DNA of 64,000 nucleotides from IMG/VR virus record IMGVR_UViG_2880505610_000001, positions 32,001 to 96,000 of that record; one strand, written 5' to 3'. The position numbers and the translations under genes are program-made. The DNA is from a virus. Taxonomy: Duplodnaviria; Caudoviricetes. A model generated the notes under the pieces. It saw nothing but the letters and a program-made list of their open reading frames with translations. It was not told the origin of the DNA and ran no database searches. Of the stretch, positions 9,144 through 17,589 are shown one piece after another (within the stretch, counting starts at the first letter, position 1; each line of letters starts with the position of its first letter).

Positions 9144-9515
9144 TTGAACCTCCTCGGGCACCGTCTCGAACTCTCCACACCGGAGACTGCACCCGACACG
9201 CGCAAGACCGTGCGGGCCCTGGCTGCTGGCATCGTGACCAACCCGGGCAGGCTCGACGACATCGAGCTCATGACCGGGGAGGGCATCGCGAACGCGCTGC
9301 TGCACGGTGAAGGACCGATCGACGTCTCGGTCAGCGTCAACGCGAACCAAGTCTGCGTAGAGATCACGAACCACGCCCGCTCGAACCGGCCGGCGAAGGG
9401 GCATCGTGGCGACCACGGCCGCGGGCTCAGCATCATCGACGCCCTCGCCACATCGTGGCGGCTCGAGCGCGCCGGCGCCGACACGATGCTGAGGTTCGAA
9501 GTGGACGTGGACTAG
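9144..9515 (+). CDS. HATPase_c anti-sigma-like ATP-binding protein (AbaA-like)
   Basis: ELMTGEGIANALLHG, DHGRGLSIIDALATSW; divergent from XRE-DUF397. Confidence 0.85.
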   Translation: MNLLGHRLELSTPETAPDTRKTVRALAAGIVTNPGRLDDIELMTGEGIANALLHGEGPIDVSVSVNANQVCVEITNHARSNRPAKGHRGDHGRGLSIIDALATSWRLERAGADTMLRFEVDVD

Positions 9516-9529
9516 ACCGTCTAGACCTG

Positions 9530-9563
9530 GGGTCGCGCCCCGCCCCGCTTCGGGGCGCGACCC
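9530..9563 (+). terminator. GC-rich hairpin after ATPase gene
   Basis: GGGTCGCGCCCCG 9530-9542 pairs perfectly with 9551-9563. Confidence 0.55.
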
Positions 9564-9793
9564 TGAGGGGGGAGGTTGCGGGTCCGGGGTCGCCATACCG
9601 GTGTGCCTACCGCCCCGGGCCCGCAACCACATTGCTTGGGCGTGCCTCGAGAGGCGCGTCTGGGGGGCGGGTTGACCCGCGTGGTTCCCGGCCCTGACCG
9701 AGTGGTTGTGCCAACGCCCTCGGCTGGGCCGGGACACCTGCCGCGGCAACCCTCGCTCAGCGGCATGTTGTTGCAGGTCATAGCATCATCGGC

Positions 9794-9988
9794 ATGGGTA
9801 AGCAGTGGGTCGGGCCGCGGGGATGGGACGTTGAGCTCATCCTGCTGGACGGCAGGCCGAAGCTGCGGGCACGCCAGTACGGCGTCCTCAGCGACTACTG
9901 CTCGACCATCATCGAGCTGGAGCGGCTACTCCTCCGCGCGGGTCTCACGGTGGCCGACCTGGTGGAGGTCCTCCCCCGCTCTCGTTAG
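9794..9988 (+). CDS. Small hypothetical protein
   Basis: 64-aa ORF converging on HTH gene. Confidence 0.6.
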   Translation: MGKQWVGPRGWDVELILLDGRPKLRARQYGVLSDYCSTIIELERLLLRAGLTVADLVEVLPRSR

Positions 9989-10920
9989 AGCTCCAGTGGC
10001 CGGACTCTGATCCCCTTTGACGCCCACGGCTCGAACTCTGGGTCCTCGGCCAGCCGCTCAAGCCAACGGATCTGATCCGCCAGATAGGTGTGCGACGGGG
10101 ATCCCTCCCCGAACGTGATGATCGGGCCCTGGGTACCGCGTTTGCCGTGCCCGTAGATCATCACCCGGCACGCGTCGTCGATCTCCTCGATCGCGAACGA
10201 GCACGGGAAGTTGAACGTGAAGATCCGGAACGCCTCGTGCCGCCCGGCCGCACGATGCAGCGGCACGAGGATCTCTCTCGTGTACCGTTCCGGGTCCTCC
10301 ATCGTGGCCTCGGCCGGCTCGATCCGGTACCGGTCCCGCCGCGAGCAGCAGCCCGGGTCCATCACGTACACGTGCACCGGGACACCGGCCCCGGCACGTT
10401 CCTCCAGCAGCGGCAGCACCTCACCGCGGACGTAGTAGTTCCGGGAAAGGCCGAACAGGTTGATCCTGTGCCGTGCGCCGGCGAGGCGGTCCCGCAGGTC
10501 CTGCTCGGACTCCTGGCATGTGTAGGGGTAGGCGTCCACGATCCCCGCCCGCTGCAGGTTGGGAACCTCCGCGCCCGTGTGGTCCGTGCCGTACCCGAGC
10601 CGGTCCGGCCGGGTCCGGTACAGCCGGCACAGGTAGTCGATGCGCTCCTCCCCCGGCCTACGCTCACCGAGTTCCCACCGGCACAGCGTCGCCGAGTCGA
10701 GCCCGGGCGGCATGAGCCCGTCCGCCTCATACAGCATGTCGATCCGCCGGGACACCTCGGTCCTCGACCAGCCGTTGGCCAGCCGCCAAGCCTCGAGCGG
10801 AAACACATCCAGCTCTCGCATGATCCGGTCCGCGGTTTCCTCAACGGCCAGGCCGCGGCGGATCCCGTCATATCGGATCTCGTTCGCCTGACGTTCGATT
10901 TCTGCGCGTTTACGCGCCAT
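9985..10920 (-). CDS. HTH protein with C-terminal DUF5919-like domain
   Basis: LEAWRLANGWS..SATLCRWELG HTH; INLFGLS..VHVYVMDP C-domain; ATG at 10920. Confidence 0.75.
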   Translation of the reverse strand: MARKRAEIERQANEIRYDGIRRGLAVEETADRIMRELDVFPLEAWRLANGWSRTEVSRRIDMLYEADGLMPPGLDSATLCRWELGERRPGEERIDYLCRLYRTRPDRLGYGTDHTGAEVPNLQRAGIVDAYPYTCQESEQDLRDRLAGARHRINLFGLSRNYYVRGEVLPLLEERAGAGVPVHVYVMDPGCCSRRDRYRIEPAEATMEDPERYTREILVPLHRAAGRHEAFRIFTFNFPCSFAIEEIDDACRVMIYGHGKRGTQGPIITFGEGSPSHTYLADQIRWLERLAEDPEFEPWASKGIRVRPLEL

Positions 10921-11071
10921 GTCCGCCACCCTCCACCCGATTGCCGCCGCACGGCAATCGCATTGCCGTGATCTGTCATTGCCCCCGTTGACGCTGTGCG
11001 ACAACCTCGGAGCGGGTGAGAACAGTGACGCGGAAAGCAGGTAGCTGGGTGAACACTCGGGATAGTAGGCG

Positions 11072-11296
11072 ATGACTGCGGACGAATCACATCCCCCGCA
11101 AGGGCAGAACATCGACGAGATCAAAGCCCGGCTGTGTGAGGAGTTCGGCCCGAGCTGGTCGATCGTCTACAGCAGCAGAGGCCGATGGTGGGCGTTCCGC
11201 GGCCCTATGACGTCTGAGACGTTCAACGAGGTCAGCGATGTCGAGGCTGACTCTCCCGAGGACCTGCGCGCCAAGCTTCTCGAGGTCATGTCCTAG
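11072..11296 (+). CDS. Small hypothetical protein
   Basis: 74-aa ORF with WSI..RGRWWAFR. Confidence 0.65.
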   Translation: MTADESHPPQGQNIDEIKARLCEEFGPSWSIVYSSRGRWWAFRGPMTSETFNEVSDVEADSPEDLRAKLLEVMS

Positions 11297-11374
11297 CCGC
11301 GGTGGCCCGGGCGGAGGCGCGCGGCCGGGGCTGCGATACCACTCCAGGGAGCGCGCCGAGAAGGAGAAGGCCCC

Positions 11375-11950
11375 ATGCTCAAGACCGCACGGCCCGCGCC
11401 TAGCGACGTCGGCCCCGTCGCCGCACGCATCCTCCACACCCTCAGGGACGACCCCGAGTACGGGCGGCTGGTTGACACCTGCGGCAGCTACAACGAGGAC
11501 TGGACCTGCACGGCCGGCACACTCACCATCGACCAGTGGGACATCGCCGACGACGCCGAACCGCTCATCGAGGAGGCGCTGCGGGCTCTGGCGTTGAAGG
11601 CCGCCGTGTACGAGCTCACCGACGACGAGGAGGCCGCGGAGCTACCTATCGCCCGGCCGGTCGACGAGGTCCTGCACGCGGCCCTCGCCCAGCGCACCCT
11701 CACCGAGCGGATGGCGCAGCGCTGCCGGATCCAGATCGTCCACATGACCGACACCGAAACGGCCGGGCCAGCCTACGAGACGGGCGACTACACGACGGCG
11801 TGCTACGCCAAGGCGTGGGGGCAGGAACCACCGGCCCGGTACTGGATCGGCGCCGAAGAGCACGCCCGCCGCGTGAAGGTCCTGGACGCTCGCCTGCAGG
11901 AGATCGGGATCCGCGACCTCGGGCACCGGCACGCCATCACCTTCAACTAG
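11375..11950 (+). CDS. Hypothetical protein (VDE..H motif, GRDP-like)
   Basis: RBS AAGGAGAAGG; PVDEVLHA..IVH..YAKAWG..YW. Confidence 0.7.
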   Translation: MLKTARPAPSDVGPVAARILHTLRDDPEYGRLVDTCGSYNEDWTCTAGTLTIDQWDIADDAEPLIEEALRALALKAAVYELTDDEEAAELPIARPVDEVLHAALAQRTLTERMAQRCRIQIVHMTDTETAGPAYETGDYTTACYAKAWGQEPPARYWIGAEEHARRVKVLDARLQEIGIRDLGHRHAITFN

Positions 11951-12441
11951 CCGCGGGCAGCGCGGCCGAGTTCCGTCGAGAGAACCCGGCGGAGCGCGTT
12001 CACGATCTCCTCGCCGGTGAACCGCTGCGCGGCGATGGCCTCCGCCTGCTCCAGGGCGGAGGCCATCGCATGATGCGGGGCAGCGCGGAGCACCGCGATG
12101 ACCCAGCCCTCCAGGTCGGCCACCGACTCGGGCAGCTCGAGCTGGTCCGCGGACGGGTAGAAGACGGCGGCGCCGGTAGCACCTACCGGCTGACGGTCGC
12201 TGGCGTACAGGCCCGGCTCGAGCCCGACCCGGAACGGGTGCACACACACTGGCGCCCCGGTGGCCTGGTCCACCCGGCAGCCGGCAGCGCGGTCGAAGGT
12301 GTACCGGGGGGCGGGCCTGTCGACGACATCGAACTCACCCGGGCCCCGGCGCTGGGCAGGGCAGATAACGCAGCAGTCAGCAACCCACTCCGGTTTCGGT
12401 CCCACAGGTCGAGCATGCCAGGCGGCTTTGTTTCCAGGCAC
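11947..12441 (-). CDS. Hypothetical protein, start uncertain
   Basis: ORF with CCVIC and CVHP motifs. Confidence 0.55.
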   Translation of the reverse strand: MPGNKAAWHARPVGPKPEWVADCCVICPAQRRGPGEFDVVDRPAPRYTFDRAAGCRVDQATGAPVCVHPFRVGLEPGLYASDRQPVGATGAAVFYPSADQLELPESVADLEGWVIAVLRAAPHHAMASALEQAEAIAAQRFTGEEIVNALRRVLSTELGRAARG

Positions 12442-12446
12442 GACGA

Positions 12447-12482
12447 AACGCCCCCGCCCACCCGAAGGTGAGCGAGGGCGTT
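12447..12482 (-). terminator. Intrinsic terminator of late/lysis operon
   Basis: AACGCCC..CACC-CGAA-GGTG..GGGCGTT hairpin just downstream of holin. Confidence 0.65.
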
Positions 12483-12512
12483 CAGGCGCCAGGGCCCGTT
12501 CAGGGCTCCAGG

Positions 12513-12869
12513 CTACGCCGGGGGCGGCGTCGCCCGCGTGCCGACGACCGGCGCCGGGCTGACGTTCTGTCGCAGCAGCAGCGCCAGCACGATGCTCAGC
12601 GCCGTCACTGTCGCACCGATCTGCTCCGTGCTCAGTTCCAGCCCGAACGCGGCCACGGCCGCGAGGACGGTGGCCGCCGCGCCCGTGATGGTCGACACCA
12701 CCACCGGCCGGGTCATCGCCGCCGCGACGGCCGCCAGGATCGCCGTGTTGATGACGCTGACCGCGCTCACCTGGTCCTGGGACAGGTCCAGCCCGTAGGC
12801 CACCAGCAGCGCTACGGCCGCGTTCACCGCGTAGGCGATGACGGCCGGCTCGTAACCGAAGATCTTCAT
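12513..12869 (-). CDS. Holin
   Basis: MKIFGYEPA, four hydrophobic segments, RQNVSP tail; downstream of endolysin. Confidence 0.85.
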   Translation of the reverse strand: MKIFGYEPAVIAYAVNAAVALLVAYGLDLSQDQVSAVSVINTAILAAVAAAMTRPVVVSTITGAAATVLAAVAAFGLELSTEQIGATVTALSIVLALLLRQNVSPAPVVGTRATPPPA

Positions 12870-13086
12870 GAGTGACCTCCTCGGGTCACGGGCCTTTCCC
12901 TGGTCCGGGAAAAGCCTGGTCAGGGGCAACGATCAACTCAGAGTTGATCGTTGGGTTCTGTCGACTTGCTCCAAGTTGCTCCAACCTCTTGGAGCAACTG
13001 GGGCGTTGCTGCAGGTAGCGAGGCTGGTTTCGTCGCGGGTTACTCACGGCCCAGCAGGACGTGCGGCTTCCGCGCACGGGCATGGG

Positions 13087-13287
13087 TCAGCGGGACCCGC
13101 TCAGAGCCTCCACAGCGAGGTCTACTGCCTCACCCAGATGATCGATCGCCTTGTCCCGCTCGGGACCGGCGGGAAGAGTGATCAGCCAGTGCTCCGCCAC
13201 TGCAAGGCCTACGCCTCGAACGTGACGGACCGGCTGCGCGTCATCCGCGAGCGCAGCGAACCTGCGGAGAATGTCGTCGAGAGAGAT
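13087..13287 (-). CDS. 66-aa helical-hairpin protein, weakly Acb2/Tad1-like; ATC start (non-canonical or mutated)
   Basis: GAAAGCAGG RBS-like sequence before ATC; SLDDILRRF..LPAGPERDKAIDHLGEAV. Confidence 0.45.
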   Translation of the reverse strand: MSLDDILRRFAALADDAQPVRHVRGVGLAVAEHWLITLPAGPERDKAIDHLGEAVDLAVEALSGSR

Positions 13288-13369
13288 TGGTGGCCTGCTT
13301 TCGGCCGAGGCCGACCAGCGGCCACGAAAACCGGGAGGTCCTCCAACGTACCCGCCCGCGCCGACACTC

Positions 13370-14419
13370 TCAGGAAGCGTCCCAGGCAACCGGCACAGCA
13401 CCGTCGTCCTCGCGCTGAACCGACACCCCATCGGTCGTCGTCGGGTCACGGAACTTGAACCACGGCTTCGGCCGGGTCGAGTCCACCACGATGTGCTGGG
13501 CGTACCACCCCTTCGCGTCGTGGACCGCCACACGCAGCTTCGCCGGCGGCAGCTTCGCCAGGTCGTTGTCACCAACGAAACCGATCGCGCCAACGTCGCC
13601 CGGGTGCAGCGAGATCGGGGTGATCGCGCTCGGCCCATCGGTGAGCTGTCCGTAGTACCGCACTTCCTCGTCCTCCTCAGGAACCTGTGGGGCCAGCGCG
13701 CGCTGCAGCAGCGCCGCGGTGGCCACGTCGTAAACGCCCGACGCTGTGAGCGAGCGGGAGCGCTGGAACGTCTTCACCGCAGTTTCGGTCTCGCCGCCGT
13801 AGTCGCCGTCGGCGCCGTAGACGGGGAGCGTCTGCCCGGCTCTCAGTAGGGCGTTCTGCAGGTCTCGGACCTTGTCCCCCACGTCACCGGGTCGCAGCGT
13901 CGCGGCCGGCGCCTTCCCGGACCATTTGTAGGGCGCGTCCGTGCCGCTGCCGCTGTAGTACGGCCGGCCGTACCCGGCGATGGTCGACGCATCCCGGACA
14001 CGCCGCTTGCAGGCGTCACCGGTGTTGCCCTCGATCGTCTGCACCCGGCCCCCGCCGAGGACCTTCTCGATGATGCCGACGTGGTCGATGGCGCCGATCG
14101 AGTTGCTGGCCCCCCAGTCGAAGAACACGATGTCCCCGGGCTTAGCCCGGTCGACGTTCGCCGCCGTCCCGGTGTGCCAGCGACCCGCATTCTGGAAGTC
14201 CTGGGCGTGCCACACCGTGAACGCACGGTCGCCTCCGAGCAGGACCGCCGCGGCGTTCCCCGACCGGCGCGCCCAGTAGGTCACGGCCATGTCGCACCAG
14301 GGCGCGCGCAGGAACTCGTCGCCGTACCGGGAGGCGTAGTCGCGGGTGATGTAGTTCGGGCGCCCCGCCAGGCCCAGGGACTTGCGGGCCTCGGCGAGCA
14401 TCCCATCAGCCGTTCCCAT
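13370..14419 (-). CDS. Endolysin (CHAP + peptidoglycan-binding domain)
   Basis: PWCDM, PGDIVFFDW, HVGIIE, TIEGNT; GADGDYGGETETAVKTFQ. Confidence 0.92.
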   Translation of the reverse strand: MGTADGMLAEARKSLGLAGRPNYITRDYASRYGDEFLRAPWCDMAVTYWARRSGNAAAVLLGGDRAFTVWHAQDFQNAGRWHTGTAANVDRAKPGDIVFFDWGASNSIGAIDHVGIIEKVLGGGRVQTIEGNTGDACKRRVRDASTIAGYGRPYYSGSGTDAPYKWSGKAPAATLRPGDVGDKVRDLQNALLRAGQTLPVYGADGDYGGETETAVKTFQRSRSLTASGVYDVATAALLQRALAPQVPEEDEEVRYYGQLTDGPSAITPISLHPGDVGAIGFVGDNDLAKLPPAKLRVAVHDAKGWYAQHIVVDSTRPKPWFKFRDPTTTDGVSVQREDDGAVPVAWDAS

Positions 14420-14585
14420 CGGCCCGCCCCCCGGTCACGAACAGCTCACCGGGAGCGCAGACCCCGTCCACCCACCACGTGCCGTCGCTTGCCTTGTGAT
14501 CGCCGTCGTGGCCCCGCTCCAGGGAGCACGCCCAGGACTCGCCGCCCAGCTTCCACACCGGGCCGACGACCTTTCCGCAGTGCAT
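14406..14585 (-). CDS. 59-aa protein with CxxxxGHxGxH motif (below ORF-track cutoff)
   Basis: MHCGKVV..CSLERGHDGDH..; coupled to neighbours. Confidence 0.6.
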   Translation of the reverse strand: MHCGKVVGPVWKLGGESWACSLERGHDGDHKASDGTWWVDGVCAPGELFVTGGRADGNG

Positions 14586-14767
14586 CAGCCCTCACCTCGG
14601 AACACGCCGTCGTCGTCCGGCTCGCCGTACAGCTCGCGCAGCGCGGCCTCCTCATCGGGCACCGTCGCCTGGTGAGCGCCCGGGTGCCGGTCGACCTGGC
14701 CCATGTGCTCGAACTCCGAGCCGACGGGCCCTTCCTCGGAGGCCACGCCACCATGCGGCTCGTTCAC
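14585..14767 (-). CDS. Small acidic hypothetical protein
   Basis: RBS AAGGAGG, GTG 14767. Confidence 0.65.
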   Translation of the reverse strand: MNEPHGGVASEEGPVGSEFEHMGQVDRHPGAHQATVPDEEAALRELYGEPDDDGVFRGEG

Positions 14768-15417
14768 TGTTCCTCCTTGCTGACGCTGCAGCGCCATGCC
14801 TCCCCAGTCACCTGGCCAGGCGGATCGGGAGGCGTGCAGTAGATCGGATGCGTTGACAGGTACTCCTGGACGGCAGCGCGGATCTGCGCCTCAGTAGGCG
14901 GCGGGCCTGGCTCGCCATCGCGACCGGCGGCGCCGTCCTGCCCGTCCTTACCTGGTGCGCCGCTTGGACCGGCAGGACCCGATGGGCCGATGGGACCTGT
15001 GGGTCCGGCGGCTGGCGGGTGCTCCCGCAGGTACCCAGCCACCGCGGCAATGATCTCCGCCATCGTCGGTGCACGGCCTTGCGGCGGCGGGTGGTCCCGC
15101 AGATACCGGGTGACGGCTGCGGCGATCTCTGCTTGTGTCGGTGCCCGCCCGGGGCGCCCCGAAGCCCCTGTGTCACCCGGCCGGCCCGATGAGCCGGTCC
15201 GCGGAGATCCGCCGGGCCGGGACGGAGAAGGCGCGGGTGAGACGAGCGGCACCCCGCCCAGATCTCGGACCTGACCGGCCAGCACATCGATCTCGTGCTG
15301 CTGCCGCCACTGAAGCCAGGCCACCAACCCGATAACCACCGCAATGACCACGGCAATCGCTAGTGGGGCCCCGTACACGCGTGGCTGACAGCCAGGATCC
15401 TCAGGGCTGGCCTTCAC
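14764..15417 (-). CDS. Membrane-anchored collagen-like protein
   Basis: TM helix, Gly-X-Y repeats, three PTxAE/QIxAAV..YL..HP repeats. Confidence 0.8.
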   Translation of the reverse strand: MKASPEDPGCQPRVYGAPLAIAVVIAVVIGLVAWLQWRQQHEIDVLAGQVRDLGGVPLVSPAPSPSRPGGSPRTGSSGRPGDTGASGRPGRAPTQAEIAAAVTRYLRDHPPPQGRAPTMAEIIAAVAGYLREHPPAAGPTGPIGPSGPAGPSGAPGKDGQDGAAGRDGEPGPPPTEAQIRAAVQEYLSTHPIYCTPPDPPGQVTGEAWRCSVSKEEQ

Positions 15418-15752
15418 GGCGCCGTCCCCTTGCCTCGCAAATAGAGCTGCAGTATCAGCAGCGTCAATGGCGCCAGAACCGACGTGAACAGGGCCAGCAA
15501 GATCATGCGCCGGTCTGCCGAACGCTGCCGCTGGTCGGCGTCGAGACGGGCCACCACATCGGTGATGTCCTTGGCCAGTTCGTCATGTTCGCGCCTGGCC
15601 GTCTCCACATGCGCTTGGTACAGCGGCAGTCCCACCATCTCTCTTGCCAGCGCGTCCAGGCGCTGGCTGAGTGCCGCGTGACGGTCTCGTAGGTCGTGGC
15701 GGAGGTCGGAGATGTTGCGCTGGAGCTCTCCTGGGGTGGGGTCATCGGCCAC
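15414..15752 (-). CDS. Lysis-region membrane protein
   Basis: PTPGEL N-terminus, coiled coil, C-terminal TM. Confidence 0.75.
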   Translation of the reverse strand: MADDPTPGELQRNISDLRHDLRDRHAALSQRLDALAREMVGLPLYQAHVETARREHDELAKDITDVVARLDADQRQRSADRRMILLALFTSVLAPLTLLILQLYLRGKGTAP

Positions 15753-15782
15753 GCGACCCCCTCATGGTCATCGTGGGCTCCG

Positions 15783-16958
15783 TCAGGCGACGCTCAGCGT
15801 CCAGTCATCGGCGGCGTACTTCGAAACGATTCCGCTGGACTGCTGTTGCAGGAGCCTGGTGCCCGCGTTCGGTGCCAGCGGGGCGGTCACCTTCACGTTG
15901 GTCACGCCCGTAGCGGCGTAGATGGCGGGCGTCCCCGGCGGGGTGTACCCCGTCTGGGCGGCGAAGCCGCTGAACTGGCAGCCGTCGAACAGCAGGTCGC
16001 CGGCGGACCCTCGGATGAAGACCTGCCCCCGGTCGACCGGGTTCCGGCCGGTGCTGGCCGGGCGGACGGCGTTGTTGAAGAACCACAGCTTGTCGAAGAC
16101 CATCCCCTTGCCGCCGGTGATGAGGATCGCGGCGCCCTGGCACGCGCGGGTCTGGTCCCGGCCGGTGCAGTCCAGCAGCGTCCCGTTGAAGACCAGGCCG
16201 CCGTAGCTGCCGTCGATCCGGATGCCGGTCGCCTTCTCCGGCGTGATGTAGAGCGGGCCGAACTGCGACCGGCTCATGTGGGTGAGCCAGACGTAGAACT
16301 TGGTGGCGGCGAGCCTTGTCGAGGACAGAAACCCGCCGGACTGCCAGTAGAAGTTGTCGCTGCCGGCCAGCTTGAACTGGGTGTCGGTCCCCTCGTTCAC
16401 GTACGTGCGGTCGATCCGGACCCGGAGGTGCCGGGCGTGCATGACCGTCGCGAACCCGACCCAGGCCGAGTCCACGAACGTTGCGTCCTCGATCACCGGC
16501 CCCCGCGCCATGTCGGTGACCGGAGTCTGGAAGTGCACGCTGCTCGATGCGGCGCGGAACTGGAGCCCGGACACCCACACGTTCCGGACCCCCGCGGCAG
16601 GGACCGAGAACAGCGCGCTGCCGCCCACGGTCGCCACGCACTGCGGCCCATCCGAGGCGAACTCCCGCTCGGTCGTACCGAGCGACCCGACCAGCCGTAA
16701 CCCGTCGTAGAGCTCGTACGGGCCGCCGGTGAACGTGTGTGCCCGGCTGGCCAGAACGATCGCTGGTGGCCGGGTCTGCGCCGCGGCGTAACTCATCGCC
16801 GCCTTGAGCTTGGCGTCGTCGTCCGCGCCGGCGAAGGCGTCCAGGGGCGCACCGTAGGTGATCTCGTGAACCGAGAGGCGTTTCTCTATGCCGTCGATGG
16901 GTGCTTGGAGGGAGGCGCCCCAGCTCTTGGCGAGTGGCTGGTAGGGGTAGCCGGTCAC
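15783..16958 (-). CDS. Tail spike/fibre, possible beta-helix depolymerase
   Basis: GADDDAKLKAA pectin-lyase-like lead-in, beta-strand repeats; GTG 16958. Confidence 0.65.
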   Translation of the reverse strand: MTGYPYQPLAKSWGASLQAPIDGIEKRLSVHEITYGAPLDAFAGADDDAKLKAAMSYAAAQTRPPAIVLASRAHTFTGGPYELYDGLRLVGSLGTTEREFASDGPQCVATVGGSALFSVPAAGVRNVWVSGLQFRAASSSVHFQTPVTDMARGPVIEDATFVDSAWVGFATVMHARHLRVRIDRTYVNEGTDTQFKLAGSDNFYWQSGGFLSSTRLAATKFYVWLTHMSRSQFGPLYITPEKATGIRIDGSYGGLVFNGTLLDCTGRDQTRACQGAAILITGGKGMVFDKLWFFNNAVRPASTGRNPVDRGQVFIRGSAGDLLFDGCQFSGFAAQTGYTPPGTPAIYAATGVTNVKVTAPLAPNAGTRLLQQQSSGIVSKYAADDWTLSVA

Positions 16959-17581
16959 CTGGGCCACACCTTCAGGCGGGCCTGCGCGCGCCACACATGC
17001 CCCGGGTAAGGCTTGTCGTAGCCGGGGACGAGGAACTGGCCCTGCTCGTTCATGTGGTGGAACTGGGCGATGTTCACCCGCAGGCACTCGGTGCTCTTGA
17101 CCTCTTCGGCAGTGAAGTGGAACTGGACGTGCTTGGTGCACATGCGGTGCCCGGACGCGTCGGTGACGACGTTGCCGCTCTCGTCCCACAGCAGGTCGTC
17201 GTAGTGCAGCGGCGCGTAGCCCTCCTCGGAGAACAGCGTGCTGCGAGTGTTGAGGACCTCGTTGTCGGAGGTGCGCGCCTTGGTCAGCCACACCTGGTAC
17301 TCGGTGCGCTGCGTCGGGGACGGCGCCCACAGGTCACGGACCCACAGGCTGACCGTCCCGTCCACCAGGGCACCCGACGAGCCGATGTTGGGACCCCAGA
17401 CGATGCTGATGCCGCCGGAGTCGGAGTGGTGCCCCTTCGGGTCCTCCAGGTCCTCATTGAAGTACACGAACAAGCCGTTCCCACCGACGTCCGGGTCGAC
17501 CGACGGGATCGGCTGGATCGGGTCGCCGCCCGTGTTCTTGTAGCCGTAGCGGACGCGGACCGGCTGGAAGGGCAGGGGCAT
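16955..17581 (-). CDS. Minor tail/hypothetical protein
   Basis: RBS AGGAG, ATG 17581; position in tail module. Confidence 0.65.
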   Translation of the reverse strand: MPLPFQPVRVRYGYKNTGGDPIQPIPSVDPDVGGNGLFVYFNEDLEDPKGHHSDSGGISIVWGPNIGSSGALVDGTVSLWVRDLWAPSPTQRTEYQVWLTKARTSDNEVLNTRSTLFSEEGYAPLHYDDLLWDESGNVVTDASGHRMCTKHVQFHFTAEEVKSTECLRVNIAQFHHMNEQGQFLVPGYDKPYPGHVWRAQARLKVWPR

Positions 17582-17589
17582 GGAGGCTC

